NCBI RefSeq assembly: GCF_004010195.1
Contig: NC_057719.1
Span: 60,866,809-60,930,808 of the forward strand
Length of the DNA stretch: 64,000 bases
Reading direction: 5' to 3'
From: Chiloscyllium plagiosum
Lineage: Eukaryota
The notes below the pieces were generated by a model, which was given only the letters and a program-made list of their open reading frames with translations, had not been told where the DNA came from and did no database searches. Positions 49,400 through 62,389 of this stretch are shown here, one piece after another; positions within the stretch are counted from its first letter, which is position 1; each line of letters begins with the position of its first letter. Position numbers and translations under genes: made by a program.

Positions 49400-50280
49400 T
49401 GACAAAAGCAAAATATTACAGATGTTGCAAATATGAAATAAAAACAGAAAATGCTGGCAAAACTCAAAGGGTCAGGAAGCCACTGAGAAGGAGAATCCAT
49501 AATAGACAGGCAGGAGGCTGCAACAACACACTATGCTCTGCAAACTTCCGATTTTTTATATTGGGCATGAAACTGAAAACTATTTGTTGAGCTGGTGGAT
49601 TCCCCATTGGATGTAGAATAATAGCTGTCCTTCACGCATTTGGGAAAGGGAGGCCTTGAGCTGGGGTAGGGTGGAGGAGAGGGAATGGAAGTACCTCTGC
49701 ATAGCCGAGACGGTACAGTGGAGAATCTGGAGAGAGAATTGTTTGTGGAGGCATTGGAGGTATTGCAAGTTGGGAGCATCAAAGGTGGGTCCAAATTTGG
49801 AGGGTTTAAAATGTACCTGTAGGCCTTGAGGGATGAGATAGTTGAAAAGACAGCAGCTGAGAAATGTCATGTAGCTGTAGTATCGAGTTTGTTTCATTGT
49901 GTGATCAAAGAGCTGGAGGGCTGAGGAGGTCACGGTGTTGTGGCAGTGAGAAAAGAGCTCACTAAGTGCACATCTGAGGGAGACAGAGAACTTCTTCAAA
50001 AGTGGGCATCCTTTGAAGAGATCTCGTAGTGGAAAAAACTTGGTTAGAGAAACAAACCTGCAGATGCTGGAATCCAAAATAGACAGGCAGGAGGCTGGAA
50101 GAACACAACAAGCCTGTCTATTTTGGATTCCAGCATTCGCAGTTTTTTTTTGTCTCTAACTGTGAAGGCTTAACATGTCAAACCACCACTGGCCTAAAAC
50201 ATGAACCATAACTTTTTCTCTCCAAAGATGCTGCCTGTCCACTTAAATGCTTTCTCCATTCCCCACTTTTATTTCAGAAG
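49400..50280 (-). mobile_element. Penelope-like element 5' ORF fragment (49493-50160) nested in an older PLE-derived copy
   Basis: ORF 49580-50077 (LFDHTMKQTRYYSYMTFLSCCL...LIPQGLQ) resembles a PLE N-terminus; hairpin at 50043-50160; PLE terminal motifs on both sides. Confidence 0.7.
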
Positions 50281-50779
50281 TAGTCTATCCTTTCCATGCT
50301 CTGAAATTATTAACTGATATGAAGTTCAGATAATATTGCTGGTGAGAAGTTTCATTGTTTTGTTACCGCTAATCGAGAATGCTGATGGGTGTGAAATTGG
50401 TTTTGGGCATGTGCAAACCAAACAACAGTGAATTGGCAGTCCATTTTACACCTTGCTCAAATTGCATTTCCATTCAAGTCAAATTAAATGCCTGTAAAGC
50501 AAGATTCCATTCATTAACATCCATTTTCTCAGACTATCCAAGACCAATTTCAACCCAAATGTTTTTGTGTTGCTTCCTGATTGTAAACTACAAGTGCAAC
50601 CAGTAACCTGCATAGTGTTCAAATGTTATGCAACCATCGAGATACAAAGTATCATTTACCCATATGGTATTACTGCACTGCTCGCATACGTTTTGTATGA
50701 GATACAAGAAGTAGATGGATCAATCTATACGCCTAAGCTCAAACTGAAAGTTCAAAATATGTTACACTGCTTTGGGAAT

Positions 50780-52500
50780 AATGATCTGCAATTCCTCGAC
50801 ATCATCATTGCTCATATTTCTGGGATGATCTGCTACAGAAATTGTCATGCAAGTCAACATTCTGGCCAGTGCAATGAAATTGACGCAGACAGTGTCATGG
50901 CAGTGCAAAGCATATTCCTGCTCCAAAGTAGTGCAAGGAAGTCGGCTGTATACACCTCAAAATACTCGTAGCCTGACATCCATTAAAAACAAACGACTCA
51001 TGCACACATTCATGCTTGTACAGAAGCCTTTTGAAAGAAGACTCCAGCAATCAGAAACAGGAATCAACTCCACTAGGCCCATGGACATGCAAAATATATG
51101 TGCAGCATACCTCTTCATCAATAAGAACCTGCACCTCACCCTCTAATACCTCCTGTTCCACACTATCACTATGCATGTCTCTGTGCTGTGACTTGTGTGG
51201 CTGAAGCATAACAACAAGTGGTGCTGCTGAACGATGGACTCCAGCTCTTCTGCCTCTTGACTGGGTCCTGGCTTTTCTGCAACCAAACATATGAGCAAAG
51301 TGTGAATGGGACTTCAGGTTTGGAGAAATTCTGCAAAATGTAATTATATCCTGTGTACATTGAAGGTATAGTGACTGCATTTGAGTTCATTTGCGATCAC
51401 TTTTTGAAGCACAGGACACTGCATCTTACCAGGATGACTAAGAAGGGTCGTAACAGAACCTCCAAATTCTGTTTTCTCAATTCACACACTGGGCTAATTA
51501 ACAATGCAGTTCACAGTACATTTCTTGAAGTAAATGAGGGCATTCACTTCTATGGTTTTATCACGCTTGCTGTTGCTTAGCATTAAAGGCAAACTTATTC
51601 CAGAACAGCATAGCATGCCCAAGTGAGAATAGCTGCAGCATCTTAAAGGTAAGTAAGTGGCATATTTCAAATAACTTCACCTCTTAAAATTGTTTTCAGT
51701 GAGTCTAAGAATATAATGCTTTAGAATGGCTTTCATCGTTTAACAGACAACATACTGTATAGTAAATTTGTTACATTAGCATTCTTCACAGATAAAGTAA
51801 AAAAAAAATTCTAATCTCGCAGCTATTTTGATCATTTTATTCTCCAACTAATTCCTGTGTATTTTCCAGCACTATTGTAGTCCTAAACAGCTCACCCTTA
51901 GCTTCAAACCATTGCTTCTTGCCTCACACTCAATTCTCACTGTTTGCATATAATTTCACTTGTTCTGCTTTGACAACAAAGCAGGGTAATGTGGGAAGTA
52001 AGAGGTCCATAGTCACATCATCTACTGGTTTCTAATTGTGAAAGTTAGCAGGATGAGGTTGTGCTAGAGTTGATCAAGGACCTAAGTCAGAAACATCATC
52101 AGCGTTCCAAGTGAGGCCAGATGTTGGAACTTAAGCATAGCATAAAGATACTATTCTTACCATCATATACCTACGAGTGCTGTCAGCCTCATATTCATAT
52201 TTGCTGCTTCCACACAGCTCTATTTTTCATATGGAGTGGTACACAACCATTAATAATCTACTTTTGTTCTTGCAGGACACAACTGCACGCTACAGAAGTG
52301 AGAGGATTAAAACTGAACGGACAAGGAGGCCTGCATTGACTGAGTCCTATTGGAGAAATTGTTTTCAGCATCAGGGAACCAGTAGAAATGGACATTGGCA
52401 TTCAATGCTACAGAGCACTGTGGACAAGGGTATCTGCTGTCTCATGCTTCAATGTACTTGGAAGGTCGTTATGCTAAACCCTAAGAGTAAACAGTACAGG
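50780..52500 (+). mobile_element. Degenerate Harbinger-type sequences (transposase and Myb/SANT-like gene remnants)
   Basis: Strong acceptor TTCTTGCAG at 52275 followed by DTTARYRSERIKT, resembling EKxAHNRRERxxTGGG; INNAVHSTFLEV resembles ISQxAVHxxIxEV. Confidence 0.4.
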
Positions 52501-52560
52501 TCAAGACAGAACATTTGGAATTTTGTCAAGTTTGGAATTCTGAGACCGTTTCTGCCAATG

Positions 52561-52855
52561 GACAGCACGATGGCTCAGTAGTCAGCACTGCTGCCTCACA
52601 GTGCAAGGGATATCAGTTCAATTCCACCCTCAGGCAGCTGTGTGGAGTTTGCACAACGTCCTCATGTCTGCATAGGTTTCCTCTGAGGTGCTCCAGTTTC
52701 CTCCCATAGACCAGGCTAAGTGGGTTAGCCATGGGAAGTCCAGGGTCACAGGGATGGGGAACAAGTGGTTCTGGGTGGGATGCTATTCGGAGGGTCTGAA
52801 TGGACTTGATGAGCCAAATAGCCTGCTTCCACACTGTAAAGATTGTATGATTCAA
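52561..52855 (+). mobile_element. HE1-type tRNA SINE
   Basis: GCACGATGGCTCAGTAGTCAGCACTGCTGCCTCACAG head, box B-like AGTTCAATTCC, GCCTGCTTCCACACTGTA tail. Confidence 0.88.
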
Positions 52856-52929
52856 TGAACTGAACTTTGTGACATCAGAACTACTGCAATAAAGCATGCT
52901 TGAGGACAGTTTTAATGCCTCCCCGAGGT

Positions 52930-53200
52930 AGTGTTCTGGAAACCAAGCCTCGCAATTCCCAAGTCCTGACAAAAGAGGAATGTTTTATAAAAGTACACAA
53001 TATTATCCAATTTATACAGCTTTTTAGAGTCAAGTTAACAGAAAGCACAGACTAGGTTTCTGTATTTTACAAGAACAACTATTTATTACAAATAAATTGG
53101 TTTCAGTAAACAATTATGAACTGCTGACATATAATTCTAATGGTTAAATCTCTAACCCCTTTATAAAAATCCATTTGCACATACAAAGGGATAGTAGATG
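52930..53200. repeat. Interspersed repeat (LTR-like), related to 58590-58870
   Basis: Shared CTGGAAA(C/T)CAAGCC, CAGAAAGCACAGAC and TATGAACTG blocks. Confidence 0.55.
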
Positions 53201-53539
53201 GTTGGTCAGAATGAAAGCAACAAAAGAGCAATATGATCCAGGGAGTAAATAGCAGCACCTGAGGAGCAGGGGTTGATCAAGCTCAGTCAGACCAGAGGCA
53301 GTGGGAGCAGAGCAGAATCCAGAGGCTGAGTTCTGGAGATGATGTCATGACTCAAAAGTGACATAGGCTTGGCTGTTCAGGAACCAGGACGAGGGACTAA
53401 TTGAGTAGTACCCAGAGAGAGATTGTGGTTTGTAGGAAAGAGAGAGAGTGAGAAATCGGATTTTGGTGAGGTTGTGGGTAAGGTTGTGTATTTGAGCCGA
53501 GGTAAACATATGTAGAGTTTAGGAACCTAAAATCAAACA

Positions 53540-55430
53540 AGGCCCTGTAGAGTAATAAAGCAGAAAAGAATTTAACGAAAAGTTAGAAAGGCTAGAAGGG
53601 GCCATGAAATGTCCTTGGCAAGTAGGATAAAGGTGTATACCAAGGCATTTTATCCATATATTAGGAACAAGATGGTACCTAGTGAAAGGGTAGTCCACTC
53701 AAGGACAAAAGAGTGAATTTATGCGATGAGCCAAAGTGAGGTCATTAATGAATACTTTGCATCAATGTTCATCAAGGAGAAGATCATGGGTGATGGTAAG
53801 TTTAGGGAGGAGTATGTTGATATTCAGACATGTTGATATTAAGAAGGAGGAGATGTTGGGTGTCTTGAACAACATAAAGGTAGGTAAGACCCCAGGTCTG
53901 ATGGGATCGATCCCAGGATACAGAGGGACAAAATGGAGGATATTGCTGAGGCCTTCACAAAGACCTTTGCATCCTCTTTAGCCATAGGAGAGGTCCCAAA
54001 AAGGCTGCAGAATAGCAAATGCTGTTCCGTTGTTTAAAAGGCAAAAGGGATAATCCAGGAAATTATAGGCCAAAGAGCATATTCGAGGGGAAGTTATTCG
54101 AGGGGATTCTTTGGGACAGGATTTATTCACATTAGGAAAAGAATGGACGTAACTGGCACAGTCAGTACGGTTTTATGCAAGGGACATCTTGTCTCACAAA
54201 CTTGATTGAATCTTTTGAGGAAGTAATGAAAATGATTGAAGATTAAAGCAGTACAGATAATGTCTACATGGATAACACTTACTAAAGCATTTGACAAAAG
54301 CCCTCGTGGTAGACAAAACTAAGTCACATGGCATCCATAGTGAGTTGGCAAACTGAATACGAAATTGGCTTGATTATATAAGGCAGAGCGTAATTATGGA
54401 GAGGTGTTTCTCTGACTGTAGGTCTGTGACCTATATACCGAAAGTTTCAGTGCTGGGACCTTTGCTGTTTGTAATACATATAAATGGCCTAGATGAAAAT
54501 ATAGATTATCTGATTAGTAAGTTTGTAGACATCACAAAAATTTGTGGATTTGTGGGTAGTGAGGAAGGCTATGAAAGAATACAATAGGATATAGATCAGT
54601 TGAAAAGTTGGGAAAAAAACAGCAGATGGAAATTTATCTATTTATTTATAAGTGTGAGAGGATGCATTTTGGAGGTCAAGTGTAAGAGGAAAGTATACAA
54701 TAAATGGCAGTCCTCTTAGGAGCAATGATATACAGAGTGGGGGCACAGATCCATAGCTTCGTAACAGGGGCAACACAAGTGGATAAGGTGGTAAAGAAAA
54801 CATATGACATATTTGCCTTCATTGGTTGAGGTACTGAGCACAGAAGTTGTAAAGTCATATTGCAGCTCTTTAAAACTTTAGTTGGTCCACATTTGGAGTA
54901 CTGTGTGCAGATCTGGTCACCACAGTATAGGAAAGATGTAGAGGCTTTGGAGAAGATGTAAAAGAAGTTAAACAAGTTGTTACCTGGACCAGAATGTATT
55001 AGCTATAAGGAGAGGTTGGACAAATTTTGAATTGTTTTTACGAGAGCATCAGAGGCTGACGAGTAACTTAGTAGAAGTATATAAAACTATCAGCTGTATG
55101 GGCAGGGTGGATAGAGTCAGAGTCTTTTTCTCGGGTTGCAAATGTCAAATAGTAAGGAACATATGTTTAAGGTGAGAGGAGAAAAGTTTAAAAGAGATGT
55201 GCGAGGCAAGTTTTTATACGAGGGTACTAGGTGCCTGGAATGGCAGGGGAGGTGGTAGGATCAGAGACAATAGCAACGTTTAAGACTTAGACAGACACAA
55301 AAGAAGGAGAGAATAAATAGATACAGACCACGTGCAAGCAAATGGGATTACTTTAAAATGTTTGTGGTCAGAGCAGTGATGGTGGGCCAAGGGGTCTGTT
55401 CCAATGCTGTACTGTTCTCCATTCTACACA
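53540..55430 (+). mobile_element. CR1 LINE ORF2 fragment
   Basis: PKVSVLGPLLFVIHINGLD..LISKFVDITK; LVGPHLEYCVQIWSP; CR1 3'UTR. Confidence 0.92.
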
Positions 55431-55974
55431 CAAAAGCATTGGTGCAATGGGTAGAAGGAAAAACTGGGAAAGCATTTCAATGGTCCCTGTTTACAGGGTT
55501 CACTGAGGTTAACCTTTTGGTTGCCAGGAAATGCTGTTCCACAATCACTTTCCTTCAGATGCTTTAACTGGCTTGCAGGAGACACAGAGCAACTAGTTTG
55601 CAACTTTTAAGCTCTCTGATTTATCAAGTAAAAGAAACACCTTCCAATAACTGCTGAGGGAGAATAGACCAGCTTTCTTCAGGCTTTTGTTTTTATCCTT
55701 GCAGACAAGGTCATCATTTCCCATGTTGGAGTTCTGAAAGTTTCTGGCTAGCTTGTTCACACATTCAGGTTCCGAGGAATTAGTCAGTTGTTAGCAGGCA
55801 GAGGTCTTTATCATTGATAACTGATCATCACTCCATAGTGTAATCAGCGACTTATTGTCCAAATTTCACTTAGCGCACTCAAAGGGGAGAAGAAGAGATG
55901 CAGGCGGAAATACACAAAATGGTGTCGGAAACAGAATAGGACCTAGTCTACTACAGAAGAGAGCGGAAATCCTC

Positions 55975-56210
55975 AGTTGAGCTAAAAGGATGACACTTTT
56001 ATGGAAAGTGGCATTGTCAGAACAAATGTGATGGAGCTGGAGAAAGTGGTAGAATGGAATGGGGTTCTTGCAGGAACCAGGGCACGAGGAAGCATAGTCA
56101 CGATAACTGGGAGTTGATTGGAGTGATATTAGTGAACAGTGTGTCTCCAGATATGTAAGCAGGGAAGTCAAGGAATGGAAGAGTCAGAGATAGACCACAT
56201 GAAGGTGACA
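55975..56210 (-). mobile_element. Penelope RT C-terminal fragment
   Basis: YRDYASSCPGSCKNPIPFYHFLQLHHICSD resembles YLxYxSxHP..CKxAIPxSQFLRLRRICS. Confidence 0.75.
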
Positions 56211-56329
56211 GAACGACTTTGTACTACTGTTGGTACCCAATATGCTTTCAAACACAGTACTGTTTCATTGTTCTCATGGTTAGTTATTCTTTTTCTTCAA
56301 CATATTCTCACAGGTATAATGGAAGCTAG

Positions 56330-56695
56330 ACTTTAGAAAACTTTATAAGCAGAAAAGGCTGGCAGGGGTCTGATTAAGATGTACAAAGAGTAGACTGAAA
56401 TAAACCTTTCCCCTTTGTAGAGGGATCAGTAAGCAGAGGCCGAGAAGGAGTACAGGGCATTTAAGGAAAAAGTTCTTCACCCAGGGAACTCACTTCCTGG
56501 AAGGGCGACAGAGGCAGAAACTATCAAGAAATTTAAGAAATATTTAGATGAGCATTTGAAATGCCAAGGCATACAAGGCAATGCACTACGTGTTGAAAAA
56601 TGGGATTAGAATAAATAGATCCGTGATGACCTGTGCAAATACTGAAGGGCATTCTTCCACACTTTGAAAACTAGATATCTCTCCATGATTCTAAA
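56330..56695 (+). mobile_element. CR1 3' fragment
   Basis: KKFFTQ..., FKKYLDEHL and CR1 3'UTR ending CCATGATTCTA. Confidence 0.7.
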
Positions 56696-58589
56696 ATTAA
56701 AATTTCCTCCTTTAACTTAAGTTGAGGCACAGAATATTAGAAGGATGTCAACTCAGAGAAAGGCAGATATGATTTGGGTGACTTGGGAAGAGAAACTCAG
56801 ACAGAAAATGACGAAAATACCAAGCGAGTATCTACACTTTTGCACATTTAACAACAAAAGTACAGCTCTTCCTTTGAAATCAACGACACATACAGCTAGA
56901 GAAAGACAAAGCAGCAGGAGGACTGCTCACAGTGTTAACAACCAACTAGGATGTCTGTGAGGGTTCAAGTTCTGTCTTAAAATAAGGAATAGAAAGATGT
57001 AACTTAGAAATTTAAGAAACACTGATATACCAATGTGGTCTGCTGGTAAAAATCATAGCTCGGAGATTCGGGCTAAGCAAAGCAACTTTTAAAGTGCACT
57101 AGACATTGCAATCTAGATGGTAGAAACAATGTGAGCCGAAGTTATTTTGTACCTACTCTATATATAACTTCCAGAAGTGTTGTGTTTCATTGGCCTTGTG
57201 ATGAATGTGTTCTTTAGTTTATATAAAAGTAACTATTCCTTAGTTAGATGCATCTGTTCCTTATTCATTAACGTTTGACTTATGTAAATTTTAGTTTTTT
57301 TCAGTAATAACATGAAATCTTGCCCTTTGGTAATTTCTGTCAGTTGCCAAGCGATTCATTTTTTTTACATAGAAGTTATTGGCTAACATGGGTCTTGGTA
57401 ACTCAGGCCACAATTACCAGACAGAGTGTGTCTGGTAACCAATTTTCTGATTGGTTTTTCTAAACAGAAAACTTCCTTGTTCAGCACAGTATTCATCACG
57501 TAGATAATGATATCTGTATTGCTTATATTGCCTGTTGCTCGTTTGTGTAAGGGAAAACATGCTCAAATGTTCAAATAAATATGGTTTCATGTTAAGAAAG
57601 TGCAAGCTGAAGGGTGAGATAAGGACTGTTCAGACACTGCCTCGGGGCCAGATTTCAATTTCCCTAAAAATTCCTTTTCTTGCCTTTTCAGCTAAGCAGC
57701 AGAGCTAGAAAGAGAAAAAGACTAGGCCTTTGATCACAAGGGATGGGGCACATCCAGTACACCCTCTCACCACCAACCATTCCTCTCATCACTATCCTAT
57801 ACCTGGTGATAGTGCACCTGGTTTTCACTTCCTCTATCAATGGCCAACCTAACTCTCACTGCCTTCATCCCGCTAACAGAAACCCCCCAACTCTCACATC
57901 ACCTGCACTCCATCCCCCAGGATGTTGGTCTGCCTAACTTTGATCCTACATTTTATGGTTGCCCCTCGGTGACTAAACTGTACCCCTCCTTCCCAAGCCA
58001 CTGTCTTCATGAAATCCTTTCAATTCCCTTATGGCAGATTCACTGTCACAGTGCCAGGTCTCAGTCAGACTTAAATTTCTCAAGTTGTGCTATTTGCTGC
58101 TCATCCAATCATAGATTGCTTCTCTCCTTCATTTGCTGCTGATACGCTCACTAGTGTTCCAATAAGAGGCAAATATAGGAGAGAACTGATTTCTGATTGG
58201 AGAAACACCAAAATTATGCATTTCGACTTTTCTCTATTTTGAATAAATAGCTTGGTGGGAGCCAAACGACCCCTCATTGGCTGCTTGTGGTGCAAGCCTG
58301 TGTCAGAATGTAACATATGAAACAGAAGCAGTACACCAGATGGCCTTAAACCTGCTTTGTCATTCAATAGATGATCGTTTGGCTCAACACCACAACCTCA
58401 TTCATTCCCTGTATTCTTTGATTAACAAAGTGATACAAAATCTATTTATCCTAGTCTTGAGCAAATTCAATTATGAAACATACTCAAATGTTTTATTGTA
58501 CAAAATTCCTAATATTTTGAATAAGACCAGTGGACAACATAAAAGAGCAGCAGCAACAACTAGAGTGAGAACAGTGTCATGGCTCAGAG

Positions 58590-58870
58590 ATAATGCACTG
58601 GAAATCAAGCCCCATATTCTCAGGGTAATACAAAAGTTAAAGATCTTAAAAGTATACAAAATCCCTAATTTACCTGATTTTTAGATTCAGGTTGTCAGAA
58701 AGCACAGACCAACTTGTTGTTCTTAACAAGAATTATTATTCATCACAAAGAAATCGACACTAGCGGTAGGTAAGCAACTATGAACTGTTGGCATATACCA
58801 GTTAAAACTTTAAATCCCTTGTAAACTTTTCCATACAAATGCACACAAACATATGAATAAAAAGATGGAT
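58590..58870. repeat. Interspersed repeat (LTR-like), related to 52930-53200
   Basis: Shared blocks with 52930-53200. Confidence 0.55.
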
Positions 58871-59139
58871 GTTTTGACAGTAGGAAAACTGGGAAACCAG
58901 TTCAAAACTGGGAAACCAGTTCACAGTATCACAAGTTCAAGGGTCTGGTAGAGGGGAGTTGTGGCCATGGAGGTGACTAGATTTGGGTATATACTGAATT
59001 GTGGATGCCTGAGCTGGATGTTGCTTGCAGCTGATGCCATCCATTGCCTGAAAACAGCGATGCTTGACCTGACTTTGTGCACAAGTTGGAGAATGCTCAG
59101 ATACGTGCTGTAATCCTGTCTGCACATATCCCTGTGAGG

Positions 59140-59830
59140 ATGAAATTTCACATCAACCCGAGGTTCCTGTACTTCCCTCAGGAGCCCGCGCCCTACAACC
59201 TAAGCTACCTCAAGGGAATGCCGAATGTGTCCTTCCACCTTGCACACTATCCACTTCAACTCCTTCATTCCCTGCCTAGATATCCTTTGGTATGCTTATT
59301 GATTGCTGTCTACACAGGTGTTCTTACTTTGCATTAGGACCTGGGGTGGAAGATGTGCCCGCAGCAGTTTCACGTAACCACAGATTGCGGTGGTTCACAG
59401 ACTCCTGATCGAACTATTTATTTTGTGACACAGTGGAGTCTGTGAAACATGTATCTATTGATTGTGGAAAACTGCACACCCTTTTTAGTATTTTAAAAAT
59501 CTTTTGTTGTGCTTTTGATTGCACTTACCCCCATGTTCCGGATCTTCGGGCATCTGGTGCTGAGGGGTGTGGTCAAGTCAGAGGATCTCTTCATGGGTCC
59601 TGCTACTGGTCCTGGCCAGGTTGGCTATTAACAGGTCAAGGCTATGGAGGGGGATCATTGTTGCTGACTATCTGTCCTCTCCCACAGCTATGTCCGTGCC
59701 CAGGTCTTTTCGGAGAAGGAGAATGTGATGTCTACCATTACTCTCAATGCCTTTAGAGAGAGGTTAGCACTGCATCGGGTAGAATGCTTTATCTCCTGCT
59801 TCAACTTCATATTGTTTTAGACTTCCCTCT
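59140..59830 (+). mobile_element. Tx1-clade (L1 group) ORF2 3' fragment
   Basis: DLGWK...HRLRWFTDS...FCDTVESVKHVSIDCGKL...IFGHLVLRG..KSEDL...LARLAINRSR...SYVRAQVFSEKENVMSTITLNAFRERL. Confidence 0.85.
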
Positions 59831-60759
59831 CCCCCTACCTCTTCCTCACCTCTGATGCTATGCAGTGTCCTTAACAGACTGTGCTCAAAAATTATTCATT
59901 TGGAAAATAAAGGTGATTTACTGGTGGCAGCTAATATATTGGAAAAGAAATCAGTTTAATCCACAGCCATCACAGCTGTGCAGAGTTTGCAGCTCAGGTT
60001 TATTTCAAAGTTGGAATCTATGCTTTGGATGCCTTGATGTATCAGACAGGATGAACATTTCCTGAACACTTTGTTTCAGGAAAATATCAGACACCTTAGG
60101 TTAAGTACTTCAGATTTTGTCTGTAGTCAGGGACTGGACTTGAGCTCGTGATATCTGTTAGGGAGAGGGAGTTAAAGTTACTGATATTGTCACAAACCTA
60201 GTAAAGGTCTTCATGTATCAAAAACTGGACTGACCATTAACCAACAATGATTTACCCATTGGATAAGCAATGATGCATGCTAAACAAATCAATTTTAAAG
60301 GCGTAGGTATTGAAAATATACAGATATCATTGTTCTTTTTGGCAAAAACATTTTGTGCAGATAAATTACCATCCTTCAAACCACCTCTTATTTCCCACAA
60401 CTTAAAAAGGTATGGATAGACATTGATCCATCTGAAAGGGTAACACAATCGCAGAAGCATCAAACAACAATGACAACCTATTCCACATTCATTGGGCAAT
60501 GCCCAGCATTTGAAAGTCACCAGACTTTGTTGAAGCTTACTGCATGAGCATCCGAGTAAGCAAAATGTAATTAAGTTCTTCCAAGGTTTAATAATATATA
60601 CAGCTAAATGTGATCACTAAAAGTCACCTGAATGAACTATTGTACACCTGCCATATATTACTCAAAGACAAGAAAGCAAAAAGCTTGCAAAAGATCAAAA
60701 GCCAAATCAAAATTTCTGGGTGTCTTCCTTCCTCACTTATTCTGAATCTTTCTGTACCA

Positions 60760-61250
60760 ATGGACACAATAAAAACATTGGGGAGGCTGGAAATCTGAAC
60801 TAAAAACATTGCTGGATAACCTATGTGTCATCACCTGTGGAGAGAGGATTAGAGTTCATGATTCAATTAATTTCAACAAAGAATCATATTGGATTCAAAA
60901 CATGAACTTTGCTTCCTCTCTGCTGCTATACTTGCTGAAGATCTCCAGAACTTTCATTTCTGAAAGAAAGACTAAAATCTTCTGATTTACAACAGGATTT
61001 CTTTTCCAATCCTGCTGACATAGAAAGTTACAAGGAACAGGGAGTTTATGCTCAGAAATTGTTAAACCCGATGCTGAGTCCTGAGGGCTGTAAGGTGCTG
61101 AAGCAGAAGATGAGGAGCTGTTCCTCCAGCTTGCAGAGTTTCACTAGAGCACTGTAACAGGCCTGAGAAAGAAATGGAACACAGCGGTGTATTGAAGTGG
61201 CAGACAACTGAAGAGCCATGGTTGGGGACAGAACATAAGTATTCCATATA
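60760..61250 (-). mobile_element. Penelope-like remnants (terminal hairpin and GIY-YIG C-terminus)
   Basis: CKLEEQLLIFCFSTLQPSGLSIGFNNF matches the C-terminus seen in the element at 27764-28853. Confidence 0.75.
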
Positions 61251-61999
61251 ATCTGTGATGACTGGATCATCAGTTAGTATAATAGATCTCAAAAGGAGGT
61301 GTTCGGAATGTCAGATGTTGTTAAGTTTTCATACTTTAAACTATTTGATTCAAAGATGAAACAAAGTTGAGTCAAATGGATGGCTAATTACTATTTCTAC
61401 TGTATTCAAGGCCTATGTGATTCACACTTCCATAGAGATTGACTTTCAAATGGGAAGTATCCAGAGAAAGCCAACATATGTGCATGCACATATCCAACAG
61501 ACACAGTGTGCCAGGCAAGGACCTCAGCAGATGCCCACTCTCTAGCAGTCTTTTGACTGGGAGTATTTCTTACTTGATCAACTTGGAGACATGCCAGTGA
61601 TGTGTTCACCAAATTGTGCTTCCAAATTTGGTCAAGGAAGAGAACCAAATCGATGTGGAATTCTCATAGGCTGCAAGGGAAATCCTTGCCATTGCATGCT
61701 TTGAGGGATGTGACTTCCTTCTCAGTGGTGGAGAGGAGGTGATGACATGAGCAACTGGCCTCTTCCCAGGAGTAGATGTGTGGGTGCCACTGGTGCCTGT
61801 GTAAGAGATGAGAAGCCATTAGTTATGTAATAGGGGGAGAAGCTTCCAGCACCTTAAGAATAAATTGATGGTGGTGGTATTGAGACAGCAGCACAGCCCA
61901 GCACAATTAAACTTACGGGGTTGTCTTGGCATAGAGGTCATGGTGAATGCATCTGAGCAGTCTTCCAGCTACCTCAAAGATCTTCTGTTCTGGAGGAAA

Positions 62000-62300
62000 G
62001 GCAATGACTTAGTGCAATTGTCACTAGATTATTAATCCAGAGGCCCAGGTAATGTTCTACGGACTCAGGTTCGAATTCTGCCATGGCAGATGGTAAAATT
62101 TGAATTCAATGTTTTTAAAAATCTGGAATTAAGAATCTACTGATGACCATGAAATCATTTCCAATTGTCAGATCATTAATACCCTTCAGGAAAGGAAATC
62201 TGCCATCCTCACCTGATCTGGCCTAAACGTGACTGCAGATCCACAGCAATGTGGTTGACTCTCAATGCCCTAGCAAGCCGTTCAGTTGTACCAATAGCTA
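62000..62300 (+). mobile_element. tRNA-derived SINE-like head forming the 5' end of the downstream LINE
   Basis: Box A-like TGACTTAGTGC, box B GGTTCGAATTC (62068-62078), body GGAAATCTGCCATCCTCACCTG. Confidence 0.65.
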
Positions 62301-62389
62301 CAAAGACTTAAAGAAATAAAACCGGATGAATTACCTGGTATTGACCTAAGCACTAGAAAAGACAACAACAGAAAAAGCCAGTTGACCCT

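Noticed and set aside
51604-51655. Possible 45-nt exon (CCAG|...AAG|GTAAGT; NSIACPSENSCSILK)
   Set aside because: Peptide not recognised, lies among Harbinger-like remnants, no supporting exons
58885-58922. 19-bp tandem duplication AAAACTGGGAAACCAGTTC
   Set aside because: Only two units; ordinary slippage duplication, not a CRISPR-like array
60361-60415. Possible 49-nt exon (TGCAG|...AAG|GTATGG)
   Set aside because: Splice-like motifs only, with no recognisable protein
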